Assembly: GCA_043228905.1 (NCBI GenBank)
Contig: JBHGNT010000005.1
Coordinates: forward strand, 5,456,001-5,520,000
Direction of reading: 5' to 3'
Source of the DNA: Azolla caroliniana
Lineage: Eukaryota; Plantae; Polypodiophyta
Length of the DNA stretch: 64,000 nucleotides
The notes under the pieces: generated by a model
The model's input: the letters and a program-made list of their open reading frames with translations, nothing else
The model's database searches: none
Told to the model about the DNA's origin: nothing
Program-made: the position numbers and the translations under genes
Shown: one piece after another, positions 1-11,800 of the stretch
Layout: each line of letters opens with the position of its first letter
How positions within the stretch are numbered: the first letter of the stretch is position 1

Positions 1-1499
1 CAAATCCTTTGTTTATATCAATGGCTAAATTCTCATACATTTTTTGAAGTTTAAGTTTTTTCACATAACTTGGCAATTCCATGTCATTAGAGATAACCCT
101 AGGGGAGAATGCATTATACCATATAGCCTTCACTTGTGTATATCCTTTATACCCATCTCTTTTCTACTAGTTGTTACAATCACCTATATTAGAAAAGATA
201 GAAGCGAACATATCGAGGAGGAATTTATTAGCTTTTGCTTTTTCTAATAATATGAGACATGCGTTTTCCAAACACATATAACCCCACTAAGGTAACAATT
301 TCTCAATGAATCATGATCAATTTATTGGAATTGAAACCAAGGTCATGTTGGTTTATTTGTATCATAAACTCGTCAAATATCTAGTCACTATAACATCTTG
401 ACGTAATCGACATAGTCTCACAAAGCTACATTATCTTATAGAAAGTCCAGAGTATAAGATCTCATGAAAAAGGTGTAGCAAAAAGCTTTTAGAAATGGCT
501 GAAAGGTTCCCAAGAAAGTATTGAAAAGGTTGCTCAAAAAAGTACGAATATAAGCCAAGTTTCTCAAATATATATCCTTTATTGGTAAGATAGTACTCAT
601 CCAAGAAAACATTTCCACAATTGATGTTATTTACATGATTAAAAAATCTTACGAACGTGTAACGTGTACGATATACCTTGTTTTGCAAGTATTACATTCA
701 TAACAGTGAGTCATGTCACCTTTCCAATGTGTAATATACTACAACAAGAAATTTAATTTAAGAATTAACATTATGCAATCTCAATGTGATCTCCCAGGTA
801 ATATCAGTCCACTAAATGGACTTCTTGAATAAACGGCCACCCACACAACAAATGGCCTTTTTCAATCATGGGTGGCCTTCTCATTAGGGTGATATTTTCT
901 AGGCATACCAATCCAATCAATATCCATCTCTCGTAATAATTCACCTAGTCTCTTTGATCCCAACAATGAACTCCAAGGCTCAAGAATAATCATTTCTTCA
1001 TGAAAATAGTATTTATCAACATGTCAATTCTTTTTCATAGCCCAATCCTTGGTTATCACTTTCAAAGCGTTAGCTTTCCCAAGCACCTCTACTCTCAATA
1101 CCATATTCTTCATCTAAGGAGGACACTTTACACATTGATACATGTTAGAGCTCATATGATTGTTTGTCAACTTACCCATTTCTTCAATATGACGTAGTTC
1201 ACATTTACTTTGAGTGATGAAACTTGTTGATTATGCATATTTTGCACTAAACAAGTTCAAGTGTTTAATTATCACATTGTGATACAATGCTTCGCCTTTG
1301 ATTAGATTCAACAATGCTTTCCATACATACTCGATAGAACCCAAAACATGCACAAATTTCTTTTAGAAACAAAGTATGCACTCTCAATTGCGACATTATT
1401 AAAGTTCTTGAACATCGAGAGTCGTTACTCACTTACACATGTCTTATGTGTATATTTTTTTGTTTTATAGGTCATATTTGACCTTTGACAATGATAATT

Positions 1500-2150
1500 C
1501 TCTCTCTCAATTAGCCTCTAGTAGAAGAAAATTTGAAATACCTTGGCCTTGAGATTTCCTCCAATCACAAATGGGATGGATGCTCCACCGGTTTAAAGCA
1601 ATTCAAAACACATCCAATGAGGATAAACAAAATTGTGGGGTTCTCAAGAAATATTGCTAGAATACTTGCAATGGGAGCAAGTAAATTCAGAACAAAATAT
1701 AGATTTTCATATCAATGAAATATATGTGCAAACTGTTTTGAATGATGGGATTGCATTACATTCGATGATGTATGAATATATTCCTTGATGAAGGAGACTT
1801 TTTAACATTGTCAATGTATCATGACTTGTGAGACTTGTCGGAATGTCACGCTTTTTCACACATTATATCATGTATGTTGAACCAAACTATAAAACCATCT
1901 TCTTTTCCGAATGAGCAAACCATAATCAACCATACATGTTAGATCTCATCCCCTTCTTTGACGATCTAGATTCTAGACCATTGCTTTCCATACCATTTAT
2001 CTTATACACAAATAAGAAAACACATCATCTATGAATGTTTTGCCTGTAACAAGTTCACAAGTCTCAATATGACCACACTAATTATAATATTTGACCTTCC
2101 CACATATTTGAGTTTGTTTCCCCCTTACACCCTTCTCTCTCATTCATAAT
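1500..2150 (+). mobile_element. Degenerate non-LTR retrotransposon fragment (RT C-terminal part, RTE/RTEX-like)
   Basis: KYLGLEISSNHKW at 1533 matches the LINE RT KYLG motif and resembles the minus-strand fragment at 4400-5520; many stops; boundaries approximate. Confidence 0.4.
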
Positions 2151-4063
2151 GCGCACTCTCGATTTTGATGCTCATTATTAAAATATTGTTTAATATCAAG
2201 TCTCTTAACAACTCCATACACACTACATGAAATATTTGACTTTGGTTTGAGTCCATACGTAACTTTTTGAGAATGATAATAAAATTTCTATCGTTGTCTA
2301 ATCATATTGGTCTCATGTGGATGTTTCTACAACATTCATTTGTCGACAGTGATGGGGGTTGTAGTGTTCATTGAACCTAAGAAAGAAATGATGCAACATC
2401 TCATTGGAGAGATCAAGGAAGAAAATTTATTTCAATATGTGGACCTATCGATGACTGGAAGGAGCAAGAATTACATAATACCATTTTGAAAGAAAAGTAT
2501 GAAGTCTTGATTTTGCAAATTATGAGGATAAGACATTGTAAGGTTATTTATCTCATTGATCTAGGAAACATATACCCCCTCTATTAATATCGCTATAAGC
2601 TATAAAATCAAGAAGGAAAAGCCAAACATGTTGAACTAGCGATGTTTCATGCTACCCGAAACGTGGAAAGTGGGCAATCACAATGCACGAAGATGTGGAC
2701 AAGATTCCTATATGGTTATGGTTAATTAAATAGTAGATGTCTATCTAGGAACTTTATTCAGAATCATAGTTTCATCAATATGATCTTCATTAAACTTAGA
2801 ATCTTAACTTAGATTTTTAGTTAATATTCACGTGTGCCGAAGGGTATGTCGCTTAAGAAGATTATATCGATATGGTGAATCAACTTTTGCTTTTGACATA
2901 TGCCTTCAAGGCATTTTGTGGACCTATTTGAAATTTCATCATCATCCTCCCTTTCTTTATCCTTGATTGCTACATTTTTAACCTATTCCTTCTTAATCGT
3001 TTACTTTTGTGATAGAACTTGTTTTTTTATAAGAGTCCAACTGTCACACGTTTATCCATTATGGCAATGACTTATTTAAATTTACATCTATTTTATGAGA
3101 ATTGAATTGATGATTAAATAATTGCATGTTGTATTATAATTATAAGCTTTTGTTAAGATATATAGTTGCAACATATGTATCACTTTGTTATCTAATTTTT
3201 ACACTTAATGCCTATTATTTATTGGTCTTTGTTTCCCTTTCTGTTCTGAGTTTGATTATAATAATCCAAAATTGTTCAAGCACATCAAGTGCAAGCTTGG
3301 TTTACTACAATAAGTTCCATTATATTATCTAATTCTATTTAAAAGTCTTGCAAGTGTGATTTGGTATAGTCAAGTGACTCCATTGCATCATTATGAAAAG
3401 TTTCATCTCATTTCATCAATGTTGATCCTATTTATAACACCAACCATCTAATAAACTTTGCATGTCCTTCATTGTTGGAAATCTAGATTCTGTCTTGTGG
3501 TGTATACGACACATATAAATGGATAAACATTCTAATTCAATGTAATCACAAGCTTTCGTATGGGCACAATTATATGGATGTCCATAATGAGCATTAATAT
3601 GGGTGCATTATAACTACATTAGATAATGAGAAGGTGGAAATTGTTGCTAAAGAGGAGATCACAGTTACATTAATACAAAAAGGCACATGCATTCTTAATG
3701 AAAGAGAATTAGAAGATTTACTTATATTATTTACCTAACAATCGAAATTATAGTGCCTTATATATTTAATTATATCTTTTGAAAGATAAAACCTTCAATA
3801 AGAGAGAAAGTTATCAACAATGCATAATAGAAGAGAAAGGGGATAAGAAAGACAATAATTTGCCCAAATTAACTTTGAGATGACCTAGTGGACAACATGG
3901 ATAGAGTATGAATGACTATCATTTCGCTTTCCTTAATACTAACATCTAGCATAGTAGTCAATTACTTCTTTGCTAGATACCACTCGAGAATAATGGAGTA
4001 TAAAGGATGAACATGTAGCCTTTTGGACTTTCCAAAAGACATATAAATTGAGTTATATTAGTT

Positions 4064-4101
<38 letters not shown>

Positions 4102-4399
4102 GTGGTTGCTTTACTAGATGCCACTGTGTAATAACATAATATAGGGGATGAACACATAGCCATATGGTCTCATCTCAACAACATTACGAGCTCATCTACA
4201 TAAGATATAGCCTCTCCCAAGCTCAATCCTTGCCATGGGCTTGGTGTCGTCCCATAGATTTGAATTGGTTGCCTATGAATGTTAAGCTTATGTTGATCTA
4301 GGTAGCCTTTTTAGATACAAACAAACATTTTATCAATCTAGAATATGACATTTTTTATATCAAAATCAAGGGAGAGATTGTTGTCTCTGTTGACATGAA

Positions 4400-5520
4400 T
4401 GATTATACATGAGTTTTGAAAATAATTGCCTTTCATGCCACATAATCTCAAGGATACAAGATTCAATGGATGAAAAAGACTTGAACCAATATGGAAGATA
4501 TACTTCAAATGTATAATAAAACTAGAATACTTTATTGCAAATGATGTAAATTTCAAATGACATTGAGGATTCTGCAAGTAAAAAACAAATAGAAATAACA
4601 TGATTGCCACTTGTTATTTACTTAAATCACCTATATAAAGTTTCACTTGGCCAATAAATTATAGAATCACATCAATAGGACTTAATGTATTTATCTCAAA
4701 TGTATGGAAGAAGTTCAACCTTAGTACAAGACAAGTATTCGTGCATAGACTATCATATCTTGCTTCTGTGTGGAACCCAAATTTTTGCTTTAATGTAAAT
4801 TTTGAAACCTTTTCTTTTGCTTGGCATGGGATCCTAGGCAGTCAATGTGAGGGTTTTTAAACCTTAAAAATGTACTTTATAAAGCTGAACCCTTTCTATG
4901 GTCATGTTTTAAATTGGAAGTGATTCGAAATCAAGACAATGGAGTTTGTAGGATGCTTGTAGCTTGACTTGAAGAAACTTCATAATAAACATTTTGACAT
5001 TTTCAAACTCTTTCTAGGTGGACTTAAGGATGTCATCGCATTGATCCCCATAGACAAGCATTTGTGTTACAAATATGTCAAAGAGGTACATCTTGAGAAC
5101 TAACATTTACATTCTACTACAAATGCATATGTTCTTCAATGATTAGGAAACCATTTTTCTCACTTTTAAGTAGCATGCCATATGCTTATTCCATCTATCA
5201 TTGGAGGGAACCTCAAGACCAATATATTTCAAGTTTTCTATGGTTTCAAGTGGATAAATATTGTACACAATGCATGGTTTATACGTAGTTTCAGTCTTCA
5301 CAAGCATAACCTTCATTCTGGATCTATTGCCACTTAACTTACAATGTATATTTTTCCATCAAACCCATAAGCTTTTGTTCATCTGCCAAAGTATTTGAAA
5401 AAAGAACCACATCATTTGCAAACAACAAAAGTATGACAAGCCCATTCCTAGTCGCAACTTCTTCAATTGCCTTCTTGCTCTACAAACATAACCATTTGGT
5501 CTAATTCATGAATGCATCAA
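4400..5520 (-). mobile_element. Degenerate non-LTR retrotransposon (RT domain, RTE/RTEX-like)
   Basis: Minus strand reads LLLFANDVVLFS (decayed LFADD catalytic motif) followed by KYIGLEVPSNDRW; frameshifted; boundaries approximate. Confidence 0.5.
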
Positions 5521-5559
5521 CCAACGAGAGTGAGCATCCTTACTTACTAATAACTATAC

Positions 5560-5600
<41 letters not shown>

Positions 5601-5603
<3 letters not shown>

Positions 5604-5872
5604 CCATTGGAGGATAGTACACATAGGTTCATTAAATGTCATGTAGTGTGTACCATTTGGAAGTACTTATCAGACATTTGGCAAGTTTTAACCCGTTGTT
5701 GTTTGAGACCTCAACAATGGGTTTTTTCTCAATATGTTCAAAATGGTTCAAATGATGAGATGGACATATTGTTCCAATTTTTACGTTATTGGGGTCTACA
5801 ACACAATTGGATTATGCGTAATGCTTTCATGTTTGATAATAGACACGTGGAATTTTTGGATGTTACAGCATG
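5601..5872 (+). mobile_element. 5'-truncated L1-like LINE fragment, (GA)n-associated family
   Basis: Starts directly after (GA)n at 5562-5600; near-identical to 27627-27940 (PLEDSTHRFIKC...LRYWGLQHNW); interrupted by the LTR at 5873. Confidence 0.85.
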
Positions 5873-6300
5873 TGTCATGAATCCGTGAACATTATGTGGC
5901 TTCACTTGAGCTTGAACCCAAGACCTTATAATACATAATGAAGAACCTAACCATTAAGATAGCATATGATTATATGAAATAATAAAAGCTACTTCTTATA
6001 ATATAGTGATATTGTAAACATTCTAGAACATCCTAGAACATCTTAGAATATTCTAGGTCTAGAACATTCTAGAACATTATAGAAATCACTAGGTTATTCT
6101 ATAGGAACCTATAAATATGAACATACAATTCTTCTCAAAACCAAGTCGAATCAACACCAGTCTTAAGCTCTCATCGCCTATCTTGTATCCATTCTTATTC
6201 TACTTTAATACATTCATTCTTCTCTTATAATTTCATTCCTCTTCTTGTGATCTATTTATATCTTTCTTCTCGCACTTTACCTTCTCTCTTGGTTCTGACA
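5873..6300 (+). mobile_element. 5' LTR of a Ty3/gypsy retrotransposon
   Basis: TGTCA...TGACA inverted termini, TATAAAT at 6110-6116, gag starts 58 bp downstream; inserted into a LINE fragment. Confidence 0.8.
6021..6084. promoter_or_regulatory. Heat-shock-element (nGAAn inverted repeat) array in the LTR U3 region
   Basis: ttctagaacatcctagaacatcttagaatattctag...tctagaacattctagaacattatagaa, ending about 25 bp upstream of the TATA box. Confidence 0.6.
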
Positions 6301-6358
6301 GTTTGATTCGATTTTATTTTTCTCGTCTAGCCTCTTCCACAAACACTAGTAAGTACCC

Positions 6359-6933
6359 ATGGTTGCTGGCAACCCACAAGAATACTTCTCCCTTGTTGTA
6401 GAAATGGAGAATCTCAAAAGCAAGTTTGCATCACTAGAGATGGAGAATCAACGATTGCTTGAAGACCTACAAAAGGTTTCAGTAGAAAAGCAACAAATAC
6501 ACGACGAGTTTACACGAAGGGTTCAACAATTAGAGTAGGCAATAGTAGCTTTACAACAACTAAAAGTCGACAGTCAAGGAGTTCTTAAGGAGCCAAAAAT
6601 CAACCTCCCAGCTAAATTCGATGGGTCGAGAGCACATTTTCGGGGTTTTATAAATCAAGTGCGGTTGGTAATTCAGATGCATCCCATGCGTTATCCGACA
6701 GATTCATCTTGAGTCGGGTTAGTGGGCACTTTATTGACTGGCACGACATTGTCATGGTTTGCTCCATTGCTAGAAGCAAATTCGCCCCTACTCAACAACT
6801 TTGAAGAATTTATCAAAGAGTTTAAGGCTTGATTCGGAGACACAGATAGTGTAAGAACGACAATCAACAAGATTCACACACTGCGACAAGGGGATCAACC
6901 AACATCAATGTACGCAGCCAATTTTCGTCTCAT
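6359..6933 (+). pseudogene. Truncated Ty3/gypsy gag (chromovirus Tcn1/sushi-like)
   Basis: Single frame MVAGNPQE...coiled coil...EPKINLPAKFDGSRAHFRGFINQVRL...RYPTD...LSWFAPLLE...LRQG...YAANFRL, with 3 in-frame stops; no pol follows. Confidence 0.85.
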
Positions 6934-8830
6934 ACTATATTATCAAAACTTTATGGGTGATGTAATCCTCTCCATCAATGTTTGAAGAAAATATCTAGTC
7001 CAATATATGGGTGTTGACCATACATGCATGTAGGTCACAATACACCATTGACAGGAAAAATGCCACCATTTATATTCACCAAGTTAGACATTAAATGTGA
7101 GCATATGTATTGTCATAAGCTTCATAAAAAGTTGTGCTCCCTACCTAGGTCATAGTGCCCTCAATGATGTCAAGATGTCAATTAGATCTATAACAATATT
7201 GTGTTAATTCATCCTCTCATATGCACTTTAGATTATCAATTAGGGGATGCAATATTCCCTTGAAATCATGGCAACTCCGTCATTGACAATTTATAAGTTA
7301 GATGTATTGGACTACCCCTGTGAGAGAAATAAGTTGTATCCCTGGAAGCCAAACATGTTCCTATGGAACTTGGCATGAAAACAATCCCAAACATAATGCG
7401 AACTTTTTCAATCTAACCATAATATTTTATGAGTGGTCTCGTTGGCATTCTAATGTCTATGATTGGATATACCTTCAAGGTAGTATTTGAAGCCTTCTAA
7501 TGTTTCAAGTGGTTAGTATCGTAATGGAATTTCTTCCCAAGCATAATCTTTGCTAGTTAGAGAAAGAGAGTAGGAAAGGTCACTTAGCTAACCATAAGTT
7601 AGTGAGCTCAACCCCTACAATCAGTGCAAAGTAGTGCAATGACAGAGTTTTGAGCTTATTTGTATTAGAGGATATGCATAGCCTTGGTGTCATTTCTTAT
7701 TCACCCATATATTCTAATGTTGGATATTGGAGATAACTTTATTAATTGTAACTTAAATACAAAAACATGGCTTGAACATGGAGCAATAACCTTAATACAC
7801 AAAAGAGACTTTGCATAAATGTGAGAAAGAGAGACAGATATGTTTTATTATTGTTGTTTTATGCCAAATATGACCGAAGAGACCATAAGTGAAATGTTTT
7901 CATTCAATATGTGTGGAATTGAGTAGTGAAGGATTTTCCGACATCCTTGCATCATCATCCATTGTAGACCCCACCGTGCCAAAATTTAAGGATATTCCCC
8001 TCAACACTATTTCACTCTTTGGTCTATGCACCGTATGTTAAAGGGTGTATAACTTACACAATCCAATTTATTTTGACTTAGTTGCCAAACATATTGTAAT
8101 TCTATGAGACCTATAGCCACATTTTGTGTTGTAACTTATTTATCAAATTTATTTGTATATTCTAGCTTAAATTCATTAGACATCTTTGTTGGAGACAATA
8201 GATGACGAGGGAAAAGGGGAATAATGAATTTCCTCTTGCCATCGGTGAGTTGACCTTGTAGGCTCAACATGAAAGACATCTCGATATAGCTCTCTGTGAG
8301 TGAAAACATTGTTGCTATTACAGAACTTGTTGAGATGTACTTTTGTGTAGACCAAGCACACCATTCATCATCCACAAAAGACTCAACATAAAAGAAGTTT
8401 TCTATAAGGCTCTTCTTGAGAAGAACACATTTGTGTCTTCATGGAACCAATGGAGATAACCTTTCCATGTGAGTTCGAGGGATTCACATGTCACTCATCA
8501 CTCATATTTTATTAGTAACGCTTGTTGCAAGTCACAATGACAAAATTTTCTTATTCCCCCATTTTCTACTACTTCAACAAGTGTACTTCATATTGGTTCA
8601 AGATGAATGGAAAGAACTTTGACAAATAGGGGAAAAACAAAAAAAAGTTAACTACACTAAATTTTATGTACAAATACAAATATCAAAATAATTTAGGCAA
8701 CTTTACATAGCAAATACAATTTTACATTTCATGACTGAAGTACAACTCTCCTAAAAGTCTCCCAATAAGTTAGCTTACCGAAAAACGGAAATTCCTATAA
8801 CGGTTTAATGAAATAAGGGTAAAAATTTGA

Positions 8831-11800
8831 TTAGAAGTTTACAAATTGGTCTTGCTCTTCTCCTGATAACTCAAACGGATGTTCCAATGGTGGAATAGTA
8901 GAATAATCAACAACAAAGTTCGTTGTATCATTTGGTGAAGCCTGCATTCCATTAGTGAGAAAAAAAACTATTGTCATTATAATTAACCATATTCACTATA
9001 AATAATCCATCATGTTCTTCCACAATCTTATCAATTTTGAAAAAGCCTTATGAATGTGTATACATAGTGGTTGATGCTTCGAAGGCCTTTAATTAAAATT
9101 GAATGATGTAATACACATAAGTATTTATTACTACTTATGCCAAGTCGCATACTATGTGTCACCGAAGTGCAGAATCTTAGACTCATCTAGGAAGATTCAT
9201 CATTCCAAACCTTGAATTTTTTCTAATAGATTCCCAACAATGACCAGTGACTTGTGGAAACCAATGACTTCCAAAAGATCCTTCATATTGATGTGATATG
9301 GGAGAGAAGCAAAATGGTACAAATGAATAAGCACATATATATATATATATATATATGGCGTATCTATGGTGCAACTGACTCCATTCAGAGAAACTGTCAT
9401 GAGTACACACACATGGTTGTAACAATGTGAATTTTCAAAGAAAATGAGCAAAGCACTTACTAAACGTTTTGGTTTGATGGGCGGCACCTCACATTTCCGG
9501 GACACATTGTCCCATTTTACATTTGAGAACCAAGGATGACGCTTAATCTCATCAATCCCATTTTTCAAGCAACCAATCCTGGTTTTTATAAGAGAGCAAG
9601 ATTATTATTTTATATCTCAATTCGAAGTAATATATTATTTCTTTTTTATCTAAAATTTGCATTGAAGACAAACTTTGTTTTCATCCCCATTCATTATTTA
9701 ACGTCTAGTATTTATGTCATCATCATACAAAAAAGGCAAAGGAAAGGTAATCAAAAGGTCTGATTTCATAAATACATCCGGGGAAAGGGACCTTTTTGTC
9801 AAGTCTCCAACTATAAGTTTCCGAATAAGATCTTTCGCACTGCAATGCCCAAAAAGGGAATTATTACTTTTCATCCTAAACAACAAATGTTGCACACACA
9901 AAAACATTATCATCACCCTACTTTTTGGAGATATGTTTTGGAAATGCCAATTTTCCTTCCAGAATCCTTTGGTAAGTTATACTAGCATCTATAAAAATAA
10001 AATAGAAATTCAAAAACAAACAAATTAAAGATCTACATCAAATAAATCTCCAATCAAAATTATAAATCATAGTGAATAGCTATGAGTTTTTCAAGACCAA
10101 TGTATTCGTTTTCCCTCACCATCATCAACAAATGGAGTAACACCAGCCAACATCTCATATATTAGTACACCAAATGTCCACCTGATACCAAAATGTTAAT
10201 TTCAAATAGCATTTGTTAGCCCAATAGAAAGCGATCTCTACAAAATTATTTTCACAAACCCAGAAATACAAACAAAAGAAACAATACAATAAATTCATGC
10301 AGAATCTCACATAGCAAACTTGTAGAATAAACTAAACTTTGAAAATTTGCCAACCCAAAAAAACTACACATAATATTGGGTATATTGGATGTGCAAACAT
10401 AATCTATTGGATATTGAATCATGAAGCCTGGTAAAAGTCATCATGAGAGTATCAAGGAATCATAGGTGTCAGGTGTGACAGGTCCAGGTTCCGATAGAAA
10501 TCCTTGTATAAAATTAAAATAAATCCCTACAACTTTCATACTATCAACTTGCAAACCCTTGCAGCTACACTAGTTATTGGAAGATTGGCGAGCAATAATC
10601 ACCTCATACAAGATGCTTATGTGAAGGATGTGCTCGTATAGCCTAAAAGACTTGCCAAGCATAATCAAAGTCACCCTGGGAGCACAAAGAATTAAGGGTG
10701 TGAAGAATAAATCATAGTTTTGAAAATGCAATGACAAGAGGAATCAACCACATTCACAAGCCTTCCAAGTTCCAACGTTCCTTGCTTTTATGTGGGTGTA
10801 ATCAAGCAATTAATATAATAGTGTAAGTGCATTCACTATATTTTTTGTCTTGCGAAAGAAAGTTCCCCAGTACTGAGGTTCTGATCCAACTCTTCATAAC
10901 AAAGCCATCATTATCTTCATACAAACTCTTCATGCTATTTAACCCTCGTTTACCAAATTGGTTGGCATCATGCCTGAATGTTATTCTCAAACTATGATTT
11001 CCCTCGGAATTTTAAAATTCTCTACTCTAATCATCTTGAATAGATTTTCACTATTTGAAGACGCACCATAGACAACACTCTCTTAATGGATGCCATGGCA
11101 TAGAAATCCAGAGAATCAAGAAGTAAATGTGGGGCAAATAAGACAGAAATATATATTTTCTAATGTCGAGAACTATCAGAAGAAGCCTTTAAATGTTTAC
11201 CAAAAGAATTTCATGAGTACCTTACCAATCGACAGGTTTTCCATGTCCTTTAGCAAGTAAAACCTCTGGCGCTAGATACTCTGGCGTACCTGAAGCAGCA
11301 AAATATAGTACACCAACTTATGTGTTGCACAACTAAATACTCTTAATTTTTCCCACTGACACACAGACACACACACACAGAGATACAGGGAGAAAGCGAG
11401 AAAATCCTACCACACAAGGTGAACGTTCGGTGCTCTATGTTCTTTGCAAAACCAAAATCGGTTAGTTTTAAGTTTCCCTTTATGTCAAGTAAAAGATTCT
11501 CGGGCTGTAATAATATTATTACAACACATACTCTTAGGTAGGCATAGTGAGCATGACAGTCCAGCAAATACTTTTCATATTCGTAATATGCCAGAATGCG
11601 GGAAATAGGCTCACCTTGAGATCTCGGTAAATGATATTCATGTTATGAAGGTACTCAAATGCTACAAGAACTTGTGCTGCATAAAAGCACTGGAAACTTC
11701 ATATGTTATTCCAGCACACACAAGATAAAACCATCACCTCATGTAAATAGCTATATCAAGGAAATCCCATATGACAAAAGAAGACATGCTTTCAGTTTAT

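Noticed and set aside
1-1450. Possible decayed gypsy integrase on the minus strand
   Set aside because: Only faint motif traces; no alignable frame could be reconstructed by eye.
6935-7650. Continuation of the gypsy element (pol) or a CACTA transposase
   Set aside because: No protease, RT or transposase motif could be recognised after the gag break.
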